Shown here in pieces: positions 50,262 through 59,296 of a DNA stretch of 64,000 nucleotides. The position numbers were made by a program, and so were the translations under genes. Under the pieces are notes generated by a model. That model was not told the DNA's origin and did not search any database. It worked only from the letters and a program-made list of their open reading frames with translations. The DNA lies in assembly GCA_016699975.1 (NCBI GenBank), contig CP064994.1:321222-385221 (forward strand). Direction: 5' to 3'. Source of the DNA: Candidatus Moraniibacteriota bacterium. GTDB lineage: Bacteria; Patescibacteriota; Minisyncoccia; Moranbacterales; UBA1568. The stretch's first letter is position 1, and each line of letters starts with the position of its first letter.

Positions 50262-51285
50262 CTGGTGAGTTCAAGAATTTAATGCCCCTTTTCCAGTACC
50301 CTGGCAAAAACTTCATTCGGCGTCAAATAGTTAAGCGCTTTCCTCGGTCGATTGTTGAGTTTGTCCTGAACTGACCGAACTTCTTTTGGGAAATTTTATC
50401 AAACGGGCATTTCTTCGGAAAATACTCTCGTAACAATCCATTCAAGTTTTCCACACCTCCTTTCTGCCAACTTTTGTAGGTATCGCAGAAGTAGGAAGGA
50501 AGAGAAAGTTTTTGTTTCGTTTCTCCGTGCAAAACATTCTCCGTTCCATTATCTCTCGTAATACTTCTCCTCAATTGCTGCGGAAGCCGAGAGAAATGTC
50601 CCTGTATCGCTCGTTCGCTTTCGACCGCTGTTTTGTTTGGAACTTTCTTTAATCGGCATAGCTTCATTTTTCGCTCGTACTGTACCGAGAGTACTGACTT
50701 CTGTTTTGAGAATATCACGGAATCGGTTTCCCAGTCTCCAAAGTGTGTACGCTTGGTAATGACCGCGGGTCTTTCGTGAATGGGTATTCTATCCGGAATC
50801 GTCTCTTTTCGCGGTTTTCGAGAGAACTTTGGTCGTCTCCGCTTCTGTTTTCGTCGCAGATGTTTGTACCATCCGCCGACCCTTCCTTCTCCGCGGTAAA
50901 TGTAATCATAGATGGATTCGTAACTTATCGAGGTATCCGTACACGAGGAAAGATTTTTCGGAGGAGATGTTTTCAACCGGCCGGCTATCTGCTCCGGTGA
51001 ATGTCCCTTCAGGAGTTCGCTTTCGACAAACTTTTTCAGTTTCTCGTTTTGCCATTTTTCCAGTTTTCTTTTGTTGGTATTTTTCTTTCGTCTTTCCGCA
51101 TACGCTTCAGCTCGGATGGCAACATAGGAAGGTGCGGACTCGAATTTCTTCGTATCTCTCGCTTGATGACGGAGTAATCTCTTCCAAGTTTCTCCGGATC
51201 CATGTTTTCTTTTCTTCATGCGGAGAAAGCTTTCGATTCGCTCTCGTTCAAAGAAGGTTATGGACGTTCCTTTTGGCATATTCAT
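50262..51285 (-). CDS. IS30-family transposase (copy A); C-terminus shifted by a single-base indel
   Basis: MNMPKGTSITFFERERIESF..., ...SPEQIAGRL...HFGDWETDSV...RDNGTEN... Past a T run on + (~50359-50362) the alternative frame encodes the canonical IS30 end ...EVRSVQDKLNNRPRKALNYLTPNEVFARVLEKGH, stopping inside the terminal repeat. Confidence 0.85.
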
Positions 51286-51347
51286 AGCGTTTTTGGAAGT
51301 TAACGCCGGAGTATACCAGAAAAGGGGCTTCGGGGTTTGAATTCACC
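50264..51347 (-). mobile_element. IS30-family insertion sequence, copy A (~1.08 kb) with imperfect terminal inverted repeats and a 3-bp ACT target duplication
   Basis: Ends GGTGAGTTCAAG... (50264) and ...TTGAATTCACC (51347) are inverted. ACT flanks the element at 50261-50263 and 51348-51350. The internal transposase has the DDE IS30 signature. Confidence 0.85.
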
Positions 51348-51451
51348 ACTCTCTCGTCTTTCTTGCATACCCCTTCTTTTTTTGGTACCCTTTTCAGGGA
51401 ATGCGTTTTGTAGCGCGATTATAAGAAATTTTGCGCGGTACCCGAAAGAGA

Positions 51452-51526
51452 GGGCGTGTAGCTCAGATGGTTAGAGCGCGACACTGATAATGTCGAGGTC
51501 CCAAGTTCGATTCTTGGCACGCCCAC
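51452..51526 (+). tRNA. tRNA-Ile (anticodon GAT)
   Basis: Acceptor gggcgtg/cacgccc, anticodon stem cgaca/tgtcg, loop ctGATaa, T-loop ttcgatt; no encoded CCA. Confidence 0.85.
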
Positions 51527-51568
51527 AGTTTGACTTTTTTCATCGTTCATATACTCTAAGAACACTGC

Positions 51569-51643
<75 letters not shown>

Positions 51644-51738
51644 TAGTACGATAAAGATGAGGTGAGAGAATATGTTCGGATTCTCATGCTCCCCGCCACT
51701 TCGGCGGGGAAGTTTCGTCTCCACAAAAAGAGGTTGCT

Positions 51739-53523
51739 ATGAGTGAAAAACGTCGAGAAAAAGGTTTGATACGGAGAGTCTTTCTCACGTACCGCCCTTC
51801 GTTTGAAGGGTATGGGTTTTTAACTGTTCTTTTGTTTCTCTCGTACGCGCTTGCGACGCTTGTTTCCAACACAGTGCTTCCACTTGTCTATCGCCAGGTT
51901 ATCGACACAATTTCGGGATCTGGGGAAAGGGGCATGGTTGCGCCACAACTTTTTGAGAGTTTTCGTTGGTTGGTGGTTTGCATTGTTTCGTATCAGGTGT
52001 TTTATCGGGCGGGAGATTATTTGAGCACTTTCGTGCAGAGTCGGGTCATGAAGCGGGTAGCGGACGATATGTTTGTCCGGCTCAAGCTCCATGGTTCCGG
52101 ATTCTTTTCTGGAAATTTTGTGGGGAGTCTTGTGGCGAAGTCGAGACGATATGTGCGTTCGTTTGAGGAACTCTGCGATCAAACCGTGTACTCTCTATGG
52201 ATGACAGCGGTCAATCTCGTGGGAATTCTCGTGACCCTGTCGATTCTCGCTCCCGTTTTGAGCATCGCTTTTTTTGTGTGGGTCTTCGTGTATCTTTTCT
52301 TTGCTCGATGGATATCCCAGAAAAAGTCTCCGTACGATCTTGCTACAGCAGAGCAGGACTCGGTCGTCGTCGGACGACTCTCGGATGTCATTTCAAATAT
52401 TCTTGCAGTAAAAATGTTCTCGTCGGGCACTTCGGAGCAGCATGCTTTTGAAGAAGCGACGGAGAAAGAAGAACGACTTCGTCGTCGCTCGTGGAATTTT
52501 CAGAATCTCATTTTCATCATTCAAATCGCACTTCTTAGTCTCCTGGAAATTGGGGGAATGTATGGCGCGCTCCGGTTATGGCTTGCGGGGGAAATTTCTT
52601 CGGGGACGGTCGCTCTTCTTCAAATATATATCGCAAGCATTTTTTCCAGTCTCTTTTCGGTCGGGCGTGTTTTTGCCAAAATTACGGGAAGCCTGTCGTA
52701 TGCAGATGAAATGATACAAATCTTTGAAACTCCAATCGATATACGGGATCCCGAGATGCCTGAGGAGGATCGAATTCAAAACGGACATATTCGTTTTCAA
52801 GATGTGTCGTTTCGCTATGGTTACTCCGAGAACGTTTTCGAACATTTCTCCCTTTCTATTGCTTCCGGAGAAAGAGTGGGCCTTGTCGGTCCTTCGGGCG
52901 CGGGGAAGAGCACGGTGACAAAACTTCTTTTGCGGTTCGCTGATCCGCAGGAAGGATCGATTACCATAGATGGTCAGGACATCCGTCACATTTCCCAGGA
53001 TCGTCTTCGCTCGCACATCGCCTATGTCCCGCAAGAGCCAATTCTTTTTCATCGATCAATTCGCGAAAATATCGCCTATGGCAAACCCGACGCGTCGGAG
53101 GAAGAGATTCATGAGGCAGCGAGACGGGCTGAAGCGCACGATTTTATTTTGCGACTTCCGGCGAACTACGATACGGTGGTCGGAGAGCGTGGAGTAAAAC
53201 TTTCGGGAGGAGAGCGGCAGCGCATTGCAATCGCGCGCGCGATTCTAAAGGACGCAGAGATTCTCGTGCTCGACGAAGCAACGAGTTCGCTTGATTCTGA
53301 GAGCGAACATGCTATTCAGGAATCGCTTGACGATCTTATGTCCGGGAAGACTGCCGTAGTCATCGCACACCGACTGAGTACTATTCGTCAGCTTGATCGC
53401 ATCATCGTACTCAATCGCGATGGAAAAATAGAAGAAGAAGGAAAGCACGACGAACTTCTCGTAAAAGGAGGGCTATACGCGAGTTTGTGGGGTCGTCAGA
53501 CGGGCGGGTTTTTGGAAGAGTGA
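51739..53523 (+). CDS. ABC exporter, fused permease + ATPase (MsbA/multidrug-exporter type)
   Basis: N-terminal 6-TM domain, then Walker A GPSGAGKST, signature LSGGERQRIAIARA, Walker B ILVLDEATS. Confidence 0.85.
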   Translation: MSEKRREKGLIRRVFLTYRPSFEGYGFLTVLLFLSYALATLVSNTVLPLVYRQVIDTISGSGERGMVAPQLFESFRWLVVCIVSYQVFYRAGDYLSTFVQSRVMKRVADDMFVRLKLHGSGFFSGNFVGSLVAKSRRYVRSFEELCDQTVYSLWMTAVNLVGILVTLSILAPVLSIAFFVWVFVYLFFARWISQKKSPYDLATAEQDSVVVGRLSDVISNILAVKMFSSGTSEQHAFEEATEKEERLRRRSWNFQNLIFIIQIALLSLLEIGGMYGALRLWLAGEISSGTVALLQIYIASIFSSLFSVGRVFAKITGSLSYADEMIQIFETPIDIRDPEMPEEDRIQNGHIRFQDVSFRYGYSENVFEHFSLSIASGERVGLVGPSGAGKSTVTKLLLRFADPQEGSITIDGQDIRHISQDRLRSHIAYVPQEPILFHRSIRENIAYGKPDASEEEIHEAARRAEAHDFILRLPANYDTVVGERGVKLSGGERQRIAIARAILKDAEILVLDEATSSLDSESEHAIQESLDDLMSGKTAVVIAHRLSTIRQLDRIIVLNRDGKIEEEGKHDELLVKGGLYASLWGRQTGGFLEE

Positions 53524-53681
53524 TGCCTCGTTTCAGCTACGAACTTTCTTCTTGAAAGATCCGAGCCTTTCTGATACGCTTACAAGGCGTGTGTTTCTTC
53601 CAAAGAAAGAAGTGCTGAAGTTTGAGAGAATCTCGTTGTTTGTCGCAGATAAGAAAGACATCGCTTCAGTTGTTTGCTATT

Positions 53682-53754
53682 GCCAGGGTAGCTCAGTTGG
53701 TTAGAGCACGGGACTCATAAGCCCGGGGTCGAGAGTTCGAATCTCTCCCTGGTA
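53682..53754 (+). tRNA. tRNA with CAT anticodon (elongator Met or Ile2); the acceptor stem only pairs if one C is restored in a C run
   Basis: D-arm gctcagttggttagagc, anticodon loop ctCATaa, T-arm gagag-ttcgaat-ctctc. The 3' acceptor strand as assembled (cctggta) mispairs with 5' gccaggg, but pairs well if ccc were cccc. Confidence 0.5.
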
Positions 53755-53781
53755 CTCGGGAAGGAAAAGTTTCAGAAGATC

Positions 53782-53858
53782 GGGGGCGTAGCTCAGTTGG
53801 TTAGAGCGTCTGCCTGTCACGCAGAAGGTCACGGGTTCGAACCCCGCCGTCCCCGCCA
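53782..53858 (+). tRNA. tRNA-Asp (anticodon GTC), CCA encoded
   Basis: Acceptor gggggcg/cgtcccc (one G:U), anticodon stem tctgc/gcaga, loop ctGTCac, T-loop ttcgaac, 3' g-cca. Confidence 0.85.
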
Positions 53859-55347
53859 GTCCGAACACGAAGCCCTTTCGAGCACTCTATCGAAGGGCTT
53901 TTTGTATTGTAGGAGCGCTTTTCTGTCCTTGAGAGTCGAGTTCGATAGTAGAAAAGAGAGCAATTCTTTCTTTTCTTCGGGGTTGGCTTTTTCATACAGG
54001 AACGAAGCCTTATTCGCGAGTTCGAGAATCTTTGAGCCGAAATCGTAATAATCCAAGCTGGCATGCGTCATCTTGCTAATCTTCTCATCGAGCTCTTTTA
54101 TGCGTGTTGAATACTCGTCTGCTTTGCGTTCGTAAAAATCTTTTGCAATGTTGCCGTCGAGCTTGTCCTCATAGAGGCTGTCGAGCCGTTCTTCCAAAAG
54201 TTTTTTCTCCTCTTCGAAATTGCGCTTTATTTTGTCCGCCGTGGCTCTCTTGGTGGTGAGAGAAGTCTTGAGCCCCATGGCGACGTAAGAGACGGCTTCC
54301 TGGGGCATTTCAAGGCCGTGGAGGGAAGAAGTGATCTGCTTTTCTATCACGGTTTCATTGATCGCTTTTTGAGAGCAATTCGTTTCGAATTTGGTGCAGT
54401 GATAGTAGGTGTATTCCTTGCCGGATTTCTTCACTTTCTTTTCGGCGGTTATGGATCGTCCGCACTCTCCGCATACGAAAAGACCCTTGAAGATAAAGGG
54501 TGTCGCCTGATGCTTGGAGAGCATCTCTTTCTTTTCGAACCGATCGAGGTTGGCTTGGACTTTGTTCCAGAGTTCTTTTGGGATGAGCGGCGGGTGTGTT
54601 CCGGTATAGAGTTTGTCATTCCACTGAAAATCCCCGTAGTAGAACGGATTGCGAAGAAGCCGATGCATGGTGCTTTTGGTGAGCGTTCTTCGCCGCAGGT
54701 CTTCTTTGAATCGTTCAGGAGATATGAAACCCTCCGCTTTCAATCTTTGACGTAGGGAAAGAATGGAATAGGAGCCGGAGGCATAGAGTTCAAACATTTG
54801 GACAGCAAGCTCTTTGTGCGTCTCATCAACAACAGGGATGCTTTTCCCATCATGCTTCCCGAGCTTGTAGCCGATCGGGAGATTTGAGCCCGGGTATATG
54901 CCGCTTTCTGCTTTCTGATTCAGTCCCTTGCGTGCCTCTTCGCTCAAATTGTCCACGTAGTTCTTCGCCATGAGGACTTTGATTCCATGGATGAACTTTT
55001 GGTGTGAAGACGCTTCCTTCCCGATAATCTCGTTTTCTTTGACGAGGTATACCGTGAGACCGAGGTCATCGATGATGACGTAGTCCTTGAAGTTCCGATA
55101 GAGGCGGTCGGTTTTCTCCACGAGGATCGCCTCAATGTCGCTGTTCCCATGGAGATGCTCGATCATCTTGCCGAAGCCACTCCTGCCGGAACTTTTCGCT
55201 GTTTCGTCGTCCTCAAACTCTCGGACGATGTCTATCCGGTTCGCTTTGGCGAAGTCCGTGAGCAGTCGCCGCTGGGCGGGTATGGAATATCCCCTCCAAT
55301 TTTTGTTCTCTTGAAGAGACGCGAAGATAGGCGACAGCTTTCTTCAT
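53829..55347 (-). CDS. large serine recombinase (resolvase-domain integrase, ~505 aa); one frame change near the 5' end. The 3' end overlaps tRNA-Asp
   Basis: Reverse strand from ATG (55347-55345) gives MKKAVAYLRVSSREQKLEG (catalytic Ser motif). After a frame switch at a C/G run ~55291-55294 it continues ...YSIPAQRRLLTDFAKANRIDIVREFEDDETAKSSGRSGFGKMIEHLHGN... into ORF 53829-55166, which has a recombinase domain, a Cys-rich zinc ribbon ...CGECGRS...YYHC... and a coiled coil. Confidence 0.85.
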
Positions 55348-55365
55348 AGAGAAGTGGTGATAAAC

Positions 55366-56013
55366 TTACGCCTCATTTGAGGAATTAAACTTTACTAACT
55401 TTTCCCAATTTATAAGTCCACTGCTACAAAATGTCTCATTGAATTCTTGAGTGAATAAGTTGATGATTTGAGCGTAGGCGATAATGAACTCCTCATTTTT
55501 TTGTCTGGCTTGGTGTCCCAGGGGCTCAACAATATCAACGAACAAATTGTTATCACCCGAGATAAATTCCCAGAAATTCTGACCGCAGTATTTGAAATAC
55601 TCTCCCTTGTCTGGCTGATTATCCTTGCCATAGCAACAGCCGTTTACCGCGACTATATTCAGGGTATTGGAATTGCTTGTGCGGCGTATTCTTTTTGCTT
55701 TGTTGAAATTATCAATCATTCTCCCTATCTGACTGCTGTTACCCCAATTTGGACCGGACTTGATGGTAACAATATATCTGACGTTCTCTTTTGAAAACTC
55801 CAAATCTATTCCTTCCGAAGAAGACTTCTGTCCACCATATACTTTCTGGTTGATGAATATGGCTAATCCTTCCAGGAAGTCCCCAAATATAGTTTCTTCT
55901 TGCGAGGACAAATAAGCATCGAGCAAGTTCTTAACGAGGTCTTGCGCGGTAAGAATGTTCTTGGCTTTGAAAAGATACGGATTTTTACGCTTCAAAATAT
56001 GGTTTAGTTTCAA
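55366..56013 (-). CDS. hypothetical 215-aa protein; candidate type II restriction endonuclease, inferred from context
   Basis: No confident family. It lies 70 bp downstream of a DNA amino-methyltransferase in the same orientation and is Cys-poor and nuclease-sized. A possible degenerate PD-(D/E)XK segment is ...GIDLEFSKENVRYIVTIKSG... Confidence 0.4.
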   Translation of the reverse strand: MKLNHILKRKNPYLFKAKNILTAQDLVKNLLDAYLSSQEETIFGDFLEGLAIFINQKVYGGQKSSSEGIDLEFSKENVRYIVTIKSGPNWGNSSQIGRMIDNFNKAKRIRRTSNSNTLNIVAVNGCCYGKDNQPDKGEYFKYCGQNFWEFISGDNNLFVDIVEPLGHQARQKNEEFIIAYAQIINLFTQEFNETFCSSGLINWEKLVKFNSSNEA

Positions 56014-56083
56014 CTCCTGAATACTTTGAAGTCGTTTTTTATGAAATGTACCTATGTTTGTTTCAACGTACGTTATGACGTTC

Positions 56084-56950
56084 TCAGTTTTTACTTTTGG
56101 TATATTCTTTTTCCTTAATGAGAGTCATTATGCTTATGGGAGCGGCTTGCCGTAGGCTTTGCTCTGCAATTCTATAGTACTCGGGAGAAATCTCTATTCC
56201 TACTGAATTTCTGTCTAACCTCTGGGCTACTCTGTTTGTTGTTCCCGAACCCATGAATGGGTCCAACACGTAGTCTTCTGTTTGAGTAAATAACTTGATA
56301 AACCATTCGGGAAGAGCCTCTGGAAAAACCGCGCTATGGTTCTTATTCCCACACTCAGTAGCCATGTGCAGCACGTTTGTTGGGTATACCTTTTCTCTAT
56401 TGAGCCAGTTAGAGATATTTTTTCCAAAGCCACTGGAAACTTTTGATTCGTCTCTTATCTTATCCTTATCACTAAGTTTTTTGAGCCTACTTCTTGCCCA
56501 ATCTCCCGTTGGAATCATCACTTCTTCTTGATACATGTGAAACTTTTTTGTTTTATTGAATTGAAACACATGCTCCCACGCATCGCGAAATCGATTGGGC
56601 CATTTTCCTGGGTAGCAATTCTTTTTGTGCCAAATAAATTCTTCAGTCCAGAGCCAGCCCTGCTTTCTTAGGCCAAGTATAAGTTCAAGGACGTACGTAT
56701 GGCGCTCTCCGTCTGAAACGCGTTCTTTTATATTTAGTATAAAAGTCCCCGTTGGTTTCAAAACTCGAAGAAGTTCCTTCGAGATGGGTAAGAACCATTC
56801 AACATAATGATCTGGATGAGTGCCCCCATATGTCTTTTTTCTCGCATCTGCATAAGGAGGCGAGGTCACAACTAAGTCTATCGAATTATCCTCAATATCT
56901 TGAAGTTTTTCGAAACTATCGCCGAGCATGAGTTTATGTACGGTGTTCAT
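56084..56950 (-). CDS. DNA N4-cytosine/N6-adenine methyltransferase (beta-class amino-MTase)
   Basis: Motif IV ...LVVTSPPYAD... precedes motif I ...VLDPFMGSGTT... (circular-permuted beta order), characteristic of ParB-less N4/N6 DNA methylases. Confidence 0.85.
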   Translation of the reverse strand: MNTVHKLMLGDSFEKLQDIEDNSIDLVVTSPPYADARKKTYGGTHPDHYVEWFLPISKELLRVLKPTGTFILNIKERVSDGERHTYVLELILGLRKQGWLWTEEFIWHKKNCYPGKWPNRFRDAWEHVFQFNKTKKFHMYQEEVMIPTGDWARSRLKKLSDKDKIRDESKVSSGFGKNISNWLNREKVYPTNVLHMATECGNKNHSAVFPEALPEWFIKLFTQTEDYVLDPFMGSGTTNRVAQRLDRNSVGIEISPEYYRIAEQSLRQAAPISIMTLIKEKEYTKSKN

Positions 56951-57225
56951 TTTTGGGCACTTAACTGTTGAGAGGATTTTTTCAAGAAATTTTCAAATTC
57001 TTCCTTTTCAATTCTAAATCCTTTTCCGAGATTATAGGCGTTCAAACGTCGCGATTTGATGTAACGGTAAATTGTCATATTGCAAACTCGGAGTTTTTTG
57101 GCGACCTCTTCGACAAGATAAAACTCTTTTCCAGTATCCGGAGCATTCTTTTTATTGCTTGGAGGATTGTTCATACTTGATAGCTCTATTGTGGTAATAC
57201 TTTTATAGTATACGTCGATTAACAA
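56947..57225 (-). CDS. excisionase-family/MerR-like HTH DNA-binding protein (92 aa), possibly the R-M controller or a recombination directionality factor
   Basis: ...EFYLVEEVAKKLRVCNMTIYRYIKSRRLNAYNLGKGFRIEKEEFENFL... is the excisionase-family HTH pattern. It has 4-bp start/stop overlaps with the upstream gene and the downstream MTase. Confidence 0.7.
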   Translation of the reverse strand: MLIDVYYKSITTIELSSMNNPPSNKKNAPDTGKEFYLVEEVAKKLRVCNMTIYRYIKSRRLNAYNLGKGFRIEKEEFENFLKKSSQQLSAQK

Positions 57226-58478
57226 TGGTTGACAACGCTATTAGCGATTCGGTTGACAGTCAAGAGGTTGAATCGCTCGTGCTCGGCTCGCAAAAACTGG
57301 ATAAGATTCGGCTGTTCAAGCCCTATTGTATCCATGAATGAGGAAATATCGGTAAGTTTCTTTTTGTAGCGGCTATAGTTGCTTGGAGACATGGTTTCCT
57401 TCATTTCAGCGAGAGTCCCCTTGGGTCCGTATTTGGTAGCCTTATTTGCAAAATAGGAGAGTGCGTATTTCTCTGATGAAGAAATATTGAGGCTGTTGAG
57501 ATAGTTTTCAATTTCATTTTCTCGCATTTCCGAAAGCGTCACCAAGAGAATGTGGGCGGGGGAATATACTTTGTCAAAAGTCTCGAGGAGAATATTTCGT
57601 AGCGCCTGCTTGTTCGAAAACAAGTCTTTCAGAGTGAAGTCTTTTTTCTTTTCAGTAATATGTCGCCGAAGCACGGCATCCATCGATTGTTTTTTCTGAA
57701 GGGAAAGCTCAAAGCGCAAGACTCTTCGAACGAGCTTACCGTCTCTGAGATGCCCTATGAGCTTAGTTTCAATGTCCGTGTATCCATGTGCAATTATTTC
57801 TGCCGCTTTGTCATAGACAACGTATCCTTGCGTGCCATTGTAGTATTTCAAAAAAGATTCCTTTGATCCTTCCCGAAACTCTTTGATTGTAAAATCAGAG
57901 TCGGGCTTGTGATTGAACTTTTGGAGCTTATACAGTACCTGCTTTGCCGTTCCAAGGTATGGCGGAAGAATGACTGATTTGCAGAGGTCGGCTCGTTTAA
58001 CGATGGCATTTGCAACGTTTTCGGGAGTGACGGCAACTTTGACTCGCCATAGTTCTTCTGAGAGCTTTTTGCAGAAAGGGGCATAGTCTATCTCGTCGAC
58101 TTCGAAGAGATTCGTTCCATAGAGAAGTTTTGGAATGGAAACCTGAACAAGCAGGTGGGAAGATTCGATCTTATCTTTTCCCGTCTTGCTTTTCGGTACC
58201 TCAACTTGTGGAAAATATTTCCCCTGTTTTTTTGATTGGATGGCCATGTCGGTGAAAGCTTTGGAAATGCAAAATCTGCCATTTATTTGTTTCATGCTTC
58301 TCCCGACAAAATAGCGATCGTCTGCTAATTGGTATTGGCTTTCCTTAAAAGCGAGGGTTACTGAGTCAATCACAAGCACCCTCCTTTCCTGCTTCTGTCT
58401 GTAATCGTTCATCGATCCTATAGAGAGTCTCGAAAAACCCGAGCAGATTGAAGCTCGCTTCGAACTCGTCGGCTTCAT
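57219..58478 (-). CDS. hypothetical 419-aa protein; possible Rep_trans-like rolling-circle replication initiator
   Basis: Segment ...GYVVYDKAAEIIAHGYTDIETKLIGHLRDGKLVRRVLRFELSLQKKQ... resembles the Rep_trans pattern (..YDK..E...R.E..L..). No relaxase HUH motif. Assignment is tentative. Confidence 0.45.
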   Translation of the reverse strand: MKPTSSKRASICSGFSRLSIGSMNDYRQKQERRVLVIDSVTLAFKESQYQLADDRYFVGRSMKQINGRFCISKAFTDMAIQSKKQGKYFPQVEVPKSKTGKDKIESSHLLVQVSIPKLLYGTNLFEVDEIDYAPFCKKLSEELWRVKVAVTPENVANAIVKRADLCKSVILPPYLGTAKQVLYKLQKFNHKPDSDFTIKEFREGSKESFLKYYNGTQGYVVYDKAAEIIAHGYTDIETKLIGHLRDGKLVRRVLRFELSLQKKQSMDAVLRRHITEKKKDFTLKDLFSNKQALRNILLETFDKVYSPAHILLVTLSEMRENEIENYLNSLNISSSEKYALSYFANKATKYGPKGTLAEMKETMSPSNYSRYKKKLTDISSFMDTIGLEQPNLIQFLRAEHERFNLLTVNRIANSVVNHC

Positions 58479-58524
58479 CGAGGCAGAGCGCTGTTGCCCA
58501 GTTCTGTTCTTTGTATGGGGTTTT

Positions 58525-58560
58525 CGGGTGCATAAAAGGCTTGCGCTATTTCAACGCAAG
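58525..58560 (-). terminator. candidate rho-independent terminator downstream of the ImmA-like gene
   Basis: On the reverse strand, GGCTTGCG-ttgaaatag-CGCAAGCC (8-bp stem) followed by TTTTA. Confidence 0.4.
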
Positions 58561-58633
58561 CCCTTGTCTAAAGAGGGGATTGGGTGCTACATTTTCCTTG
58601 CAGGGGTTGACGTAGCAATGCGTTGATCTAGCA

Positions 58634-58668
58634 GGAATCCCGCGTTACAGCGCGGGGTTTTTCTATTT
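58634..58668 (+). terminator. rho-independent terminator-like hairpin on the + strand with no annotated upstream + gene
   Basis: CCCGCG-ttacag-CGCGGG followed by GTTTTTCTATTTTT. Confidence 0.4.
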
Positions 58669-58687
58669 TTACGATACATTGAAATGG

Positions 58688-59221
58688 TCAAAGCGTGTCG
58701 AGGGGATTATGAGGACTGTTCATGATTCCGCATTCTTCCAATCGTATTTCCAGTGTTTTCTGAGAAACGCCATAGAATTTTGCGAGATCTCTGGCGTCTC
58801 GTGTTTCTTTATATTTTTTCCTCAAGTGCTCTTCCGGTATGAGGTACATGGCAGTCGCCTTATTGGCGCTTCTCTCAATGAGCCTTCGGACAAGATCTGA
58901 AGGAAGTGTGGATTCAGTTATGATTTTTTCGAGAAGCTTTACAAAAGCGATATCAAGGCTTTGGCAGAAATGAAAGAGCTCATGTATCTTTGTAAAGATT
59001 TGCCGGTTTGCATTCGAACTGGTTTTTACAAAGATGTAGACCCGCTTCATAGATTCGTCGGGAAACCAAAAGCCCTCCAGATAGTGGGGGCTTGGGTCTT
59101 TCCCTTCGGAGTCGAAGGGATTGCAAAAATGGGGAATTAATACGCTGTCCAGTATTTCTTCAAGTGAGCAATACTTAATTTCAAACCCAGACAAAACATG
59201 CTCCATGGGTTTAGTGCCCAT
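58688..59221 (-). CDS. ImmA/IrrE family zinc metallopeptidase (anti-repressor protease of ICE/prophage regulatory modules)
   Basis: HEXXH ...KIHELFHFCQ... and ImmA/IrrE C-terminal region ...EEHLRKKYKETRDARDLAKFYGVSQKTLEIRLEE... Confidence 0.75.
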   Translation of the reverse strand: MGTKPMEHVLSGFEIKYCSLEEILDSVLIPHFCNPFDSEGKDPSPHYLEGFWFPDESMKRVYIFVKTSSNANRQIFTKIHELFHFCQSLDIAFVKLLEKIITESTLPSDLVRRLIERSANKATAMYLIPEEHLRKKYKETRDARDLAKFYGVSQKTLEIRLEECGIMNSPHNPLDTL

Positions 59222-59296
59222 AGGAAATGTGATTTGATAGGGATATTGCCGAAAGATATCATCGATGAGTTTCTGGGAATAGTTTGTGAGTCGATT

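Noticed and set aside
50330-50370. Programmed ribosomal frameshift in the IS30 transposase
   Set aside because: IS30-family transposases are not known to use programmed frameshifting. The shift is at a simple homopolymer, like the other indels in the window.
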